A stretch of DNA of 53,291 nucleotides, the filler included, from Sphacelaria rigidula (lineage: Eukaryota): the NCBI GenBank assembly GCA_964200075.2. It is 4 parts of 4 records of this genome, joined end to end, with 100 filler letters (N's around TTAATTAATTAA, not from the genome) between each part and the next. Parts side by side here need not be neighbours in the genome. Positions count along the whole stretch, not along the records: positions 13,349 to 26,596 come from CAXNAA020003029.1; positions 26,697 to 39,944 come from CAXNAA020003030.1; 2 more parts are not named here. One strand, 5' to 3'. A program made the position numbers and the translations under genes. Of the stretch, positions 23,355-36,235 are shown piece after piece. The notes beneath the pieces were generated by a model. The model did not search any database and had not been told where the DNA came from. It was given only the letters and a program-made list of their open reading frames with translations. How positions within the stretch are numbered: the stretch's first letter is position 1; each line of letters begins with the position of its first letter.

Positions 23355-24960
23355 CTACACCTTTCGGTATATATATACATATATATATGTATGTGCGCGC
23401 ACCAGCTGGGGTCACACAGGAGCTTGTTCTTTTTTATTTGTTTTCACTGCAGCGCTTGCCTTTACTTTTTATCGCGAGAAGGGTTCAGCAGTCGCTTTCC
23501 CTTGTACTCGATTTTTGTGTACCCACGACATGTTCGCTCTCTCTACTGTTGGGCATGGTGTGAGGACCTGTCTTGGCTTTTTTTTTCGATCAAGAAAATG
23601 GGACGGTGGAATCGATCTGAGCGAAAATTTCTCGTTTTGATGCAGGTGGGTGCAAATGGATTTTCAAGCATTCGATCCAAAAACTACAGTGAAAGGCGTG
23701 AAACGGCACATGGTCTCGTGTACAGTACAGGCAGTCTGTACTGTCTGCACTGCTTCCAAGCAGGGTGTGTTGAGTGCGTGTGTGTTGAGTGCAGGAAGAT
23801 ATAAAGGAGAAGCAGACAACGTGCAGTGCAGACAGCCTACGACTATCATCCCTCTCTCCTTACAATGCGATGTGAAAAGGACTTCAGCAACGTGCAGCTT
23901 TGTACTGTCTGCATTGTCCATGAGGGTGCACGCAACTCGGGTATACCCACCGTACCACGCAGTTCCGTCCCTAATGCGTACCATGAGAGTATATGCGCAA
24001 GTTTTCGCCAACAAAAAATAAACAAAGCACACCCAACTACTGTAGTTTATCTATTCCTGTGCTCAACTCGTGCTCCATGCTGCAGGGTTGCGGTGGTAGC
24101 TGAGAGTGAGTCAGATGGAGTTTGCATGATCCTGTAAACAGCTGTTATTTGGCGTGGTGGTCTGTAAGATAGGGGTCACGTGCCGCGTCGTGCCTTTCGA
24201 CTGCATGTTTTCGATCGATTTTTTTTTCACTCGTTGCATTCTTCTCCGCGCGTCGCTAATTATAATTTTGAGTTGAAGCCTTCGAGGAACACAAATGCGG
24301 TGGTCCTATCAGATCGGCGAAAAAAAAATCGACCGCACTTTTTCGATCGAAAACAAAAGTGCTAATAAGACAGAGGGAAGACGTCCATCATAAATAAAAA
24401 CTTCATGCCAACAAAAACACAAAGTCAAGACGTGAATCGGCATCATTTTCAGTGTTTTCAAGATAAAATGATGCCGATTCTCAAAGTGACCCGTCCAACA
24501 CCCCAAGAAACATTTTCGCCAAAAAAGTGAACTTCTACCATAGTATGGCTCCGGTGTACACCTCCCGGTATATATATATATGTGGGCGCACGAGCCGGGG
24601 TCACACAGGAGCTTGTTCTTTTGACATATGTTTTAGTACGCCACCTTCCTCCTGCGGTGCTTGCCTTCATTTTTTATCGCTTACTGTGCAATCGGAATGT
24701 CAGGGGACGCAGGGGACGTTTCGTGAATCGGCATCATTTTCAGTCTTTCTCAAGATAAAATGTTGCCGATTCTCGGAGTGCCCCGTCCAACACCCCGAGA
24801 GACATTTTCGCCAAAAAAGTGAACTTCTACCATAGTATGGCTCCGATCTACACCTTTCGGTGTATATATATATATTTGTGTGGGCGCACCAGCCGGGATC
24901 ACGCAGGAGCTTGTTCTTTTTCTAATTCTATTTGCTTTTAGTACGCCACCTTGACCTTGC
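23355..24960. repeat. Composite repeat: SINE-derived module x3, ~750-bp repeat and ~291-bp tandem duplication
   Basis: Module TACACCT..CGG-(TA)n-GTG.GCGCAC.AGC.GGG.TCAC.CAGGAGCTTGTTC at ~23355, 24557 and 24848. 24431-24721 is duplicated at 24722-24960. 23390-23565 matches the SINE body at 40157-40372. Confidence 0.75.
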
Positions 24961-25773
24961 CTACGATGGCAAACAATGAATACTGAAAGCAAGACACAGG
25001 GAGAAGGTCGTGGGAGTTGACCGGAACAGAAAGTGGGTACTACCGTCTATTACGCGCAAACTTTCGAACACTGACAGGTTGGGTCGTTCACATAAATGTG
25101 ACGTCTCCTGTATATTCGTGTGTGCATGTTCCCGTTTTTCAGAATAAAATTTCCGTCTTTCAGAATTCAAGCGTCAGATCCACGATCAGGGTTCCGCGTA
25201 TTGCCTATCACGCGCAAACTTTCAGGCACTCAGAGGTTGGGTCGAAGGTCGAATCTCGCCCTCGTCGATGGTGACCGGTGATGGGAAAACATTGCTCTGT
25301 CTCATCAAGCTCTCGAAAATGAAAAATGCCGCAGGGTGAAGTGGAGCTGAAGGGTTTTGTGAAGTGTACTGTTTTAAGATTAGGTCTAATTGACCCGCTT
25401 GCACGGGAGCGTTCGCACGTAATATACGTTAGACATGTACATATTGCTGAAAAGCACGGGCAGTACGAGTTATTTGGAGATGATGGCTACACCACAGTAG
25501 GCGAACGTCAGAGCTGTACTTATTATTTTTTTATGGAGTTATGAGTTGGGTGGGTGATAGCTGCGCATGACTTCAATCGCTTAAACTCTCGCTGTATTCA
25601 TGAGATAAACCTTCTCCAAGAAGCCATCCGCCGTGCCAACCACTCCACGCTCGCGAGTAAGGAAGGTATATGTTCGTATCGTGACAACAGATCCATGTAT
25701 GTTCTTCACGCCGCACCGCTGCACCCTCTCCGTGTTTGCCATGTATACTTTGTCGTTCATTTTGTCTCGTCAG

Positions 25774-25875
25774 GTTTGGAACGAGAATTCCATTGCCAAG
25801 GCGGAGCGGTATGACAGGGCAGACTGGCGAGTGTTCGAAGCCGCCAATGACATTCTCGATTTAAGGCTGTGGACG
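25774..25875 (+). CDS. Isolated probable exon, possibly a sulfotransferase-like C-terminal helix
   Basis: Pyrimidine-rich ...TCGTCAG acceptor, GTAAGT donor, 34 codons: VWNENSIAKAERYDRADWRVFEAANDILDLRLWT. Resemblance to the sulfotransferase 3' DxxLYxxAN motif is weak. Confidence 0.45.
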
Positions 25876-26596
25876 GTAAGTGGGATGATGAGAGATGTGG
25901 GGGACGGGGGGGGGTACTATTTTGTTTCCATATTTTTGGCCATCATTCAAACATCGCAACCTGTTCTTCTTGGATTATCATGCTGCAACTCGTACGCAAT
26001 TATTTTTCTAAACTGTCCATGTTTCACTGAACTCACCTTCATTTCGATAATTGTTTTTTTCGGTCACCATCCAGAAATCCATGATTTTTGTTCTCTGATT
26101 TTTATTCCGCAACTCGTACTCAAGACCTTTCATAAAGTATTCACGTGTAGGGAACTTCCCTCCGTTTTGTTTTCATGTTTTCGGCCACAAATCATCCAGA
26201 AATATACAGTTGTTGTTCTCTGGATAATCCTCTCACAACTCGTACGCATAGGCTTCCATGAACGTTTCATGTGCAGGTAGCTCCTCTCCGCGTCGGCCCC
26301 AGAAAGCTTGTCGAGCATATCAAACGTACCCTATATGTTCACGGTCATTGGTCATAGGATTCCGCCCGGGTTATGTTTTGCAGGACGGGTATCACCTCAT
26401 TTGTCTTTTTTGGAGTAATACGGAGCTAGCAGCTGAACGAATGGACCGGGATACTTGACGACTTTTCTCGCCAGTGTGGGTTCGAGTAGTACGTTGGACC
26501 CATGTCGCGATAGCGCTCCCCCCCCCCCCCCCCCCCCAAACGGCTGGTTTTAACGGGGGAAGATCACAATGTTGTATCAAAAAAAAAAAAGAGAAG

Positions 26597-26696
26597 NNNN
26601 NNNNNNNNNNNNNNNNNNNNNNNNNNNNNNNNNNNNNNNNTTAATTAATTAANNNNNNNNNNNNNNNNNNNNNNNNNNNNNNNNNNNNNNNNNNNN
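26597..26696. other. Artificial contig-joining spacer
   Basis: 44 N + TTAATTAATTAA + 44 N. Confidence 0.98.
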
Positions 26697-27818
26697 GGTT
26701 CTCATCCTCAATCAAAAGCACCATCCTCAACATAGATGATTGGCTGTTTTGTTTTGAATTTCTTGTTGGTATTGTTGAAAGAAATTGATCAACACTGACG
26801 AAAACCGAAAAGTCTGGCGGGCTTTGCGAGGTTCCTATATTCTCTTCTGCTCCTTACCCGCCCTGTCCCGATGTCCTCGGATCCGGCAACGCTCACACGC
26901 ATCTATGTAAAATACACGGGCGCACGGTAGCGACAGCCTGTAGGCAAAGTAGCAACATTATCTCACGCCTCACCAACTTTGCCCGGACTCCCAGTGGTAA
27001 ATAGTCGAGGCACACGACACGGAACATGATCCCATTAATGTAATCATGGTAGGTGATGAGCTTGGAGGGGCGGTGTGTTCGTCATCTCAGCGGTCTCCAT
27101 GCCAAGGATCTTTGTACACGGTAGCTGACCTCATCCGCCAACGCCTCGGGAATAAACTAGGGGACAGCAGGCTGGGTTCCCCCCCCTCCTTATTTGTTTC
27201 AGTCCCGGCTTTGTAGGGATGCGAGGTCAATGGTCTTATGACTATGGCATACACGATCATGAGTACACCCCCCCCCTTCCTCCTCAGAAAATCGAATTTT
27301 CGATGTTGGGGCCTACGTGTCCCGAAATATTTTTTGACAGAACCTTGGGTTAAACCTTTGAATTCGAAGGTTTTCGGGTCTTCACAGGATGAGAATCTGA
27401 GAATGAAAGCCAAGTCACATAGCGCTAGCTTTCGACACGAGAACAATTTGATAAGACACGGGCTAATATCGCGAAATCCCTTTGTAATCGAATCCCCTCG
27501 CGTAAATTTGAAACTCGACTTTTCGAGACGCAACATCCCCTGCACTGGCGAAGGAGAAGAGCTTTCGACAGATCTCGACAATATTTTGCCAAGGATACAG
27601 TTATTGGTCCCATGGGCAACATCGCATCGAGCTTCAAAATGATATTAGGGGGGTGGGATAATGAAGAGCCTTACGGTACTTTGAAGTCAAAGGGTCAGGG
27701 TAGAAAGGCAGGCGAGGGAGTGGGTGGGCGGCACGAGCGCCCCAAGCGTTTCCATCAAGCAGTGTCACGTCCTAATTTTACGACAACGCTGTGCTTTCTG
27801 TTACGCACCCTCACCCAC

Positions 27819-28271
27819 CGAAAACGCCAGTACAAGAACGGCTGCGTTGGCTCTCCTGTGTGGATGTTCGCTGGAACACACGTAAACGGCCGGTGATGGG
27901 ACTCGTTCACTACCTCTCGGAGCCCCTATGAACTCCGATTCCCTGCTGCTACTACCGAAGCCCTTGTTGACAAGATCTTCGAGTCTCTTGCAGAAGGCGT
28001 AGACATGTCCCAAGTGCAGCGGACCAAAGTCCGCAAAAAAGTGCTGGTACACAAATTCGTCGTTTTTGGTGCCGTCACATACGCAATAGAAGACGCGCTG
28101 CTCCGGCGAATTTTTGGGTGGTACGCATCCCTCCGGCAAAGACAAGAAAAACAACTTCGACGAAGCATCGATCTCGAGCGCATCATCCTCGATACGCTCG
28201 TGTAGTACCGCCAGGCTCAACGGAGAGGCGGCCGCCGCCGCCACCTCTGGTGATCGTCTGGTTGTTTCCAT
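27819..28271 (-). CDS. CDC14: CDC14-family dual-specificity phosphatase, first exon (N-terminal DSPn domain), 3'-partial
   Basis: ATG at 28271, donor GTGGGT after 27819. Motifs YQHFFADFGPLHLGHVYAFCKRL and RRANAAVLVLAF match CDC14 YxxFxADFGPLxL and KRANAAxL. No further exon recognised before the contig end. Confidence 0.85.
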
Positions 28272-30504
28272 ACGACCGGGGGGCAGCCCTTATTGCACTG
28301 AATGGTGTAGAAGCAGATAGGGTGGGTTTACGGGAAATGGTTCTCGTGTGATGGCGCTCGTTGCCAGTTGCACGTCTTGACACCCATACCTGCAATCGAT
28401 CGGTTTACCATCGTGTTCACGTGCTACTAAGCTGTTGTACGACTGTATGAGAGCTGAACTTAACCTCTGGCTGCCCCACCCCTCGTGATTTCAAACCGGT
28501 TCCGCCGCATTTTTGTTTTTGAAGTTTTGAAACTGTATCTCGGTTCCGTCTCTGCTGTTTTGTTCTCCCCTCCCTTGCACATCTCGGACATTTTCGTACT
28601 GTCATACCTACACTATCGAGGATCCCGCTGTAGTTCTCTAGATGTGATCGGGCACGGACGAATCTCTGGAGGGGCGAAACGATTTACCCGCACCTGCAAC
28701 AGGCTGCCTTGGTCTCTCAAGTACAATATGTCGCAGGGGCGTTGCGCGTTTCATTAAAGGAGGTTTTCTGTCACGAAAATGTTTCCGCACGGTTCCCGCG
28801 CCCAAAAGTATTAGAGAACGGTGATCCCTCAAGGGTTCGATATTCCAGCACCCCATTCGTTCAAGAGTGTAATGATTCCCCTTCTCACGTCGGCTGGAGC
28901 TTCGGAGAAAATTATTCCATGAGTTCATGGCGGCCATGGATCAAAGGTGTATGAAAGAGGACCAACGATAACAGAGTCACGTGGGGGTTGTTGTAATGAA
29001 AAACAAATGCGAATTGTGGTCGGATTGTCACTAGCCCCTGACATATTTCGGCCAGTGGGGACATGAAAACATCACATGTCGCAAAAGAATGTTTCAAGCT
29101 GTCGACAAGACCTTGCCTGTTTATTGCGCTTGTTTATATTGCGGGCTCATCCGTTCAAGTAATGAGCTGAAGGCAACCAACTGGGGCATCTCCAGATCAA
29201 ATTAGACATGCGGGTCGAAAGACAAAACACACCTGGCGACTGAGCTGGTTCACAAGAGTTTTCGATCGAGATTGTGGTTGAAATCACCACCCATCAGATC
29301 GGGATTTTTGTTCTTCATTGCACATTTTCGATCGAAAACTCATGTGACAAGGGTCCATCTTGCGAAGACAGGCCCTGAAACAACTACTTGAAAAAACAAA
29401 GCAAAAGATGAGGGCACACGAATCTCCAAGTCGGGAGTCGAGTCACGAAGTAAAGGGAAGGTGGTGAATTTTTGGGGTGTCACGAGTATCCGCTGGGGTA
29501 GAGAGGCACCACACGCACGGAATAGCATGTGAAAATTGCGTTGGGGTGGCAGTTTCGCATGCTCTCGTTCAATTATTAGGACCATCGTCGAAACATTTTC
29601 AGACTTGGTCACCTCACGTGTCGGACCGATACATCACTTGCAGTAGGCCTACACTCCACACTGTGCGTGTTTTCTGTTGCAACTCCCAACCACGTATCAT
29701 CCAGAGTGTGGAAGGTGAAGGTGGAGACACTACTATGTGCTACAACACTCTTCAGCATGAGAAAGCAGACAACGATTGATCCATATCAAAAGTTGTGGAT
29801 GATCACCAGCTGACAGACGAAATATTTCGATGGGGGCACAAAAGAGAGTTGTACGCGCGGGATTTCATCGTCGGTCGGTTGATGCGGTCTGTTTTTCCAC
29901 CCGTGTGACCCTAATGCAATCCACACCATTCCATGCTTCATCTTCATTTATATAAGTGCAAAAAAAAACAAGATAAAAAGTCAGTGAGTGAGTGCTTCTG
30001 TTAAATGTAGCGAAGTCAATCAACAAGCTCTCCTCCATTTCCCCCATTTTGGGGGCGAACGACAAAAACCTTCGAGCTCCCATCAACTTCAGAGTGCAGT
30101 CCCCCACCAACGACTCAATACCAAATATCTTGTGAGCCATCGGCGCAGCACAAAATACTTCGAAGTAAAAGTGGATCCCTGGAGCTCCCCAACCTTTTTA
30201 AATGTATGCAATCTCCCCCATCCCCTCCCGCCCCCAGATCTCAACGCCAGCCAGCATGGGCAAAAAAAGAGCGACGAGAGACCTTGTTACCGACAGCACA
30301 AGATAGGACCGAAGGAGCTTATCCATGAAACCATGTAACGCCAGAAACGCCTCCTTTCCGAGTAGATCCCTTCCCCCACTGCCAACGCCGGGTAACAGCG
30401 AGTATTACTAGCCTCTAATTCTCCTGCGCACTACCCCAACAAAACACAACCGTGCTCGACATCAGAAGTGGGCACAACAGTTTCGTTTTGTTCCCCTCCA
30501 CGTC

Positions 30505-33500
30505 TTAACAGAGCAGGTTACCGTCGGAAGGTTTGTACGTGCTGGGCAACGCCTTGATGAAGTCGGTGGGGTCGTCACCGAACTTGGCGAAAATAGCCCT
30601 GATGTCTGCCTCGCTCTTCTCTCGCTGCTCCGCCGTCATCTCCACTGGCTGCATTATTTTGTTCCGTTTCGTGACGGGAGGGGGAAGGGGGGTAGGGACA
30701 AACCAATAAAGAAGGAGTCGAAGTCGCTTCCTGTGTCACAACACAAATTCCATATTTCTCGGTCGTCTGTTGGATGAAGGTAGTGGAGGTCTGCAGCGTT
30801 GAAAAAACATGGGTATATTTTAAGGTCGTACCACCCACCAACAGCCACCACACCCGAAACATCTTCAACAACCAGAAAACAAAACATGGCGAGTAAATGG
30901 CGTTCACACCTTGTCCTTGTTCTTCTCCATGTTCGCGGCGTTTTCCTTCCAGTACGTGGTAAACATGGCGCTGACGGGGTCAACCTTCGCGGCGGAGGCT
31001 GGGTCTGCAAGAGCCATGAGCGCGTTGTCGAGCGCGGCCTTCTTCAGCTTCTTGTCAGACTCCACCTGATACCACATTCATATACCAGTGTTCACATAGT
31101 TCTTCAACTTCAGAAATACCAGGAAGGGGAATTTTCGCGAAAAAAATGTCAGTAGTGTAGGTATATCACATCATGCGTCATAACGGTGTGCAACAAAACC
31201 TCCTCGTCTCCCCCCCATTCGGCCATTCTCTGACGCTCCCGTTTTGTTCAATCGCTCCTCTTTACTCACCACCACTGAGTAGCACGGAATAGACTTCGTG
31301 TGCGGTTGTGCTACATCTGAAACATTTCTTCTCTTCTTCAAAATGTACAAACTCGCGTACACGTGGCCGTCAGTTTCAGTCATGAGAGTACTCATCTCCC
31401 GTGGGGGGCAAGTAAACTATCAAACACAAACATAACCTGCCTTCGAGAAAATCATTCTACTACGTGAGATCATGGTATATCCCTCATTCGGCTACATGGA
31501 CAACAAAAACAACATGATGTGACCGTAAAGTGGGGGATGGGGACCACACAAGAAATGACGAACGGACGAGAACGAGTGGAAAATGACGCATGTACAAGCC
31601 TGCAGCTAACCACCACACACATGTGCCACGGCACGCGCGCGCACCTTCTTGACGATTTCCGAGAGAGATTTCTCCACCTCCGCTTGGCGGAGTTCGTTGA
31701 TGCGCTTCAGCCGTCCCGCCTTGAAGGCGTCCAGCATTTTCACCATCTTCTCTCGGTGCATGTGACGCTCCATCAGAGACTGTCGAAAAATAAACGTGAG
31801 GTAAAATTCCGCAACGCGACAGTTTTTGGTCTCAGAATAAACTCATGCCGTATATCTACGAGCTCGTAGCAGCGTACAGACGAACGTGAAACATGCTGGG
31901 CAGCCCGAAAGGTAGTGAGAAGGTGGCGTGAAAAAAATAATCATGTGTTGCGCTGGGCTACTTGAGCCACTGACCAATTCGGAATGGGACAGCATAAAGG
32001 ACCTCCTGTGTTGTGTATTGAATCTCACAGCAAAGTATGGGTGAATTAAACTAGATATTGTTGGATTGGTACCAGTCAACCACGGGCAACACACTTCAAA
32101 CTGATCCGATGTGAAAAATATGGGAAGCGGCTGAATTTCGACGTTCGCTGCCGATCACGCCGCGCAACACGACCGAAGGCGAAAATTACTGCTCCCCGAT
32201 AAGTTGTGGATGCACGTTGGACCACTCCTGCAGCTGGAAAAAATACAGACGTACGGACCATGATGAAAAAAGTTACCTTCATTTCAGCCTCGCGTTGCTC
32301 GGCCACTAGCCTAGTTTCGTAGATGGCCTGCACATCCTCCGCTGCGCCCAGCTTCATCTTGTTCATTTCAAGTTCAGCAGCAAGCTCCTGCGATCAAATT
32401 GCAAGTAAGAGACGGGCAAATAGCGCTTATTAGGGTCGTCTATCGACAACAGATGGAAGTGTGCGCTTGGGATCGTTTTCGCCAGTGTCGCCAATATGAA
32501 GCGCTTCATGCAGTCTGCAATCAGATATCATGCACTGTATCGTCATTTTCTTCGCGACACTTGTGGGGCTGGTGTGGAGGGGGGAAATCGCGGCATCACT
32601 CGAACAATGCCCTTTCTGAGATTCAAGGAACTGCCGGGTACCGGTATGGAAATCTTTCATGACTTACAGAGCCTGTCGGGTAGCTTATAGGGGTTGTACA
32701 GAGACCCACAACCGGGTGTTCCTACATGGGTATAACCGTTCTACGAGTAAGGATCAACACTCCGTACAGCACTGTCGGGTAAGGGTGATATCCCGGCAAA
32801 TACCTCGGATATACAATAAATCGTGTCCTTAAGAACATAACCTTGCAATGTACCACCCTCGGTGCGCAGTGAAACAATTTGCTACACATCTATTTCTCTC
32901 CCGTCGTACCGCCTTCGTACCTTGATCTCAATCTCCTCCACGTCATTAAAGGCCTTGAGAATCCTGTCCGACTGTTGGGCACAACATAACCGCACGAGTT
33001 TTCAACACAATCAAACAGAGCAGTGATCGCGCGTACGGGAGGAAGCGCCAGCGTGTTTTCAGTGTCCATCATCTCTCCCGAGTCACGTCATAACGGAAAG
33101 TCATCGTTACCCCACCCATTGGTTCATCTCACAAGAGTGTTGACTGCGGGGGGGCACACAAGAACAAATCGATCGAAACTCGTCATACGATACTTGCGAG
33201 TTCAAGCATATCCGACGTTTTGATTAGATGTCCGACAAAAATACATGGTCATTTCATAGTACAGATAGTATCACTTTTGATATCGAGACCGAGGACGTGA
33301 CCAGCATGATGAAATATATACCGTGAAAATTGACCAGTCAAGCCAATGCAAATCATGACACGTGTAGCGGGGAAAATACGGGCCGACCCTCGAGACTAGG
33401 GCTATTTATCATGTATCAATACGGTCAAGTTGTAGCCTTCTTTCCGGGCCCCAAACACGGACGAGGGCCAAAAGAGGCAGTTTTTCAACAAGGTATATAC

Positions 33501-36235
33501 ATATTTTCTTCCAACACATGAGAAGTGGGCTAAGGCTTGTCCCGACAAGGGACTTGATTTAGCGTGACCCTCAACGACAGCCTGCACCCGAGGGACTCCA
33601 CGCCTAGCTGAAAAATTGGGTCTGGGCTCGTAATTCGCAACTCGCATCAATACTCTTCGGACATGGGAGATTGAAAATGGCACACTGTTGTTACGCGCTC
33701 ACCTTCTCGCTCAAAGCTTTGGATACGGTTTCGTGGCTAACATCCACCACACACCCCAGGAACATGAAGAAGCAACCCATCAGCAAGGTCTCCGCATCCA
33801 CAACGTAAAACTCCTGCGTGAACATGGGGACTGCAGCGAAGACCGCCAACGGAACGTACCGCTGCGGGGTGTTCAGCCCAGTCTGCAACGGTTCACGCGG
33901 CAAGGCACGGAGTCGCACGGGACGTACGAGTGACGTCGGGGCCAGAGCTTCATGAATTACACTTGTCAGCGACATAGTTACGAGTACATCCCAAGTTCCT
34001 TCGACGACAGCGGGTGTTGCAAGTGGTCGTTTGGACAAGGGCAGTGGCCACGCGTGTGGCTCACGTGCTTCTCGACTATCCAAGGTACTCTCACAAGGCG
34101 CCCCAGTACTCAACGCGGTCTACGTCACCTATGACATGGGGGGATTCCGCTGTTGGAATATTGACAGTTGAGTGTTTTTCTCGCCTCCTGTCGCGAGGCC
34201 TCTCAAAGCCGAGAACTAGCTAAATAATTGCGATGCAAGTCGACGGGCTGCAGCGATGCTCATAGTCATCATCCAATTCTCGACGGCAAATACAAGGCAG
34301 GTGGTACCTGGGGATGGATGGATTCACCCCTTGAGACTTTCGGACTCACTCCAAGAGGAGAACAGTACTCAGCGTCAGAAGTATGCAAAATCCGTAATTT
34401 CTTAGTTTCTCGAAGATTGTCCAATTTGTTTTGCTTGCCACCGCTCATCACGGTGACTGTTGGATGCAAAAAAATGTGCATCCGGAGATATATTGATCAT
34501 CTTGACAAGTATTGAAAGAAGATATATCTGCGATCAATATTGAGTGACTTACGGGCTTGCCCAATCTTCGGGGGTCCTACGAAAATACGATCCTAGGCTC
34601 TAGCTATTCGGTGTTTTCGGTGGACCGACTCGATCCAGATTGAATAAGTGAAGACTCAAAGAGGAATGTTTTTTTTTTAATTTCACCTAGCCACTGCGCT
34701 AGTGCAGGGAAACTATGCTTCTTGGACCAGTTACGGTCAATAACACCCTCCTGATAAACGGGGTCTTTACCCGGTATCGCCCCCACAACAACTTGGGCGA
34801 TTGTGATTTGAGCACGGTTAGCTTATTTGCCAAAACTATCGACGCTAGCACTTTCGAGTGCTCATGGAAAATGTCATGCGGAAAACCCCGCCGAAAATAT
34901 GCCATCCTCAGAAAATGCTAGACTGAGGTCTGTGAAGTATAGGAGGGAAAAACGATCTCGATCGTTACTGTGAAGAATTTTAAACGTGTTAACTCATCTG
35001 AATATTTACTGTTTCGTTACTGAAGAGCAGGATAGCTGCTTACATTGACCAAGAACGGTCAATAACATCCTCCTGGTAAACGGGGTATCAAATCCGTCTT
35101 GCCCCAAAAACACCGACGTGAGCACTGCAGTCTGAGCGCGGCCTACGCTTTCTCCCCAACTCTACCGGCGGTAGCACTTTCAAGTAGTATTGAAGAACCG
35201 TACTCCAAGAACAACTCGGAAAAAAGGACAACAACGAATTCTGAAAAATTCTGACGCTGAATACTATAGTGGAGGCGGGAAATAGGGAGGGGGGTACCAA
35301 GATGATCAGAAATGTGAGGTGAACTACAGCGGCGCCAAGGACTGTATCAAGAGTCAGCATGATGCCGAGTATAGTTGGATGTTTGATGCTTGCAGCGCTA
35401 CACATCAAGGAGGAGATACGCGCACGTACCTTTTCGATGAATTCATCAACCTTGGGCATGTGGAACAGCGGCTGCGAGGCGTACCACTCGATCTGTTCCT
35501 TGGTGGTCATCTTGCTCACCACCGCGTCGCGCTCCGCCTCCAGCTTTACCACGTCCCTTCGGGGGGACCCTGATACACACCGTCCACATAATCACCGTTT
35601 ATCGAAAACGACCAAGGGTCGGAAGAGTTTGAGATTCGTCAGAAAATTACTTGATCTTAGTGTACTTGATTCGTACCGTATGAATCAATCCCTAGGTTTT
35701 GTTTTCAGCGTTGCAACCCAGGTACGCGCAGCCCAGGCACGTGCAATGGCGCAAATATTGCGCGAAGACCTTTTTGACCAGCGGCCGCCTTTTTTCCTTT
35801 TCTCGAGAAATCAGCCCCGGAGAATCGTGGATTTGGTGATTCAAACCGGCAATAATTCGTCCGAACCGTAAAAACTATGTCACATAAACCACTCGTCACC
35901 ATATCAACGACAAATCGTCCTTCTTCAACACTATTTCCATCATGACCATGACCAACAACAAGGCCACCGAAAATCACCATCACCGTCTCGACAACTTCAA
36001 AACACATCCACCATGATCACTACCCAGGCTTCGGCACGACACAAGCACCGCAAAGTAGAGAAGGAGAAGAGAAAAAAAACTCGAGCCACGGGTCGCTAAC
36101 CGGGGAACACTGCTCACCAGAGTGGAACGCTTGGAAGGCCGGCTGGACAAGCGGGGCTGTCGACCGTGCACTTCCCGCGGGGCCGCGAGAGCGAAGGGCT
36201 GCCCGTGCCCCATCCGCTGCGATTCGTCTAAGCAT
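30505..36235 (-). CDS. ATP4: Mitochondrial ATP synthase peripheral-stalk subunit b, 7 exons, 327 aa
   Basis: Exons (minus): 36235-36118, 35569-35430, 33882-33703, 32387-32277, 31779-31645, 31065-30910, 30648-30505 (TAA). All introns are GT-AG and in frame. Arg/Ala-rich presequence MLRRIAADGARAALRSR..AFHS. TM hairpin YVPLAVFAAVPMFTQEFYVVDAETLLMGCFFMFLG (cf. the KEIYVxxxET motif of subunit b), followed by a long charged helix. Confidence 0.82.

Noticed and set aside
2798..28271. CFAP251 plus CDC14 as a flagellar gene cluster
   Set aside because: They are on different contigs joined artificially.
30649..30790. Upstream acceptor for the last ATP synthase b exon
   Set aside because: It reads in a different frame with unconvincing sequence. 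The acceptor at 30649-30650 gives a coherent terminal exon.
32600..32846. Possible further degenerate MITE (similar ACATAACCTT end at ~42500)
   Set aside because: Too decayed to define TIRs or a TSD from this window alone.
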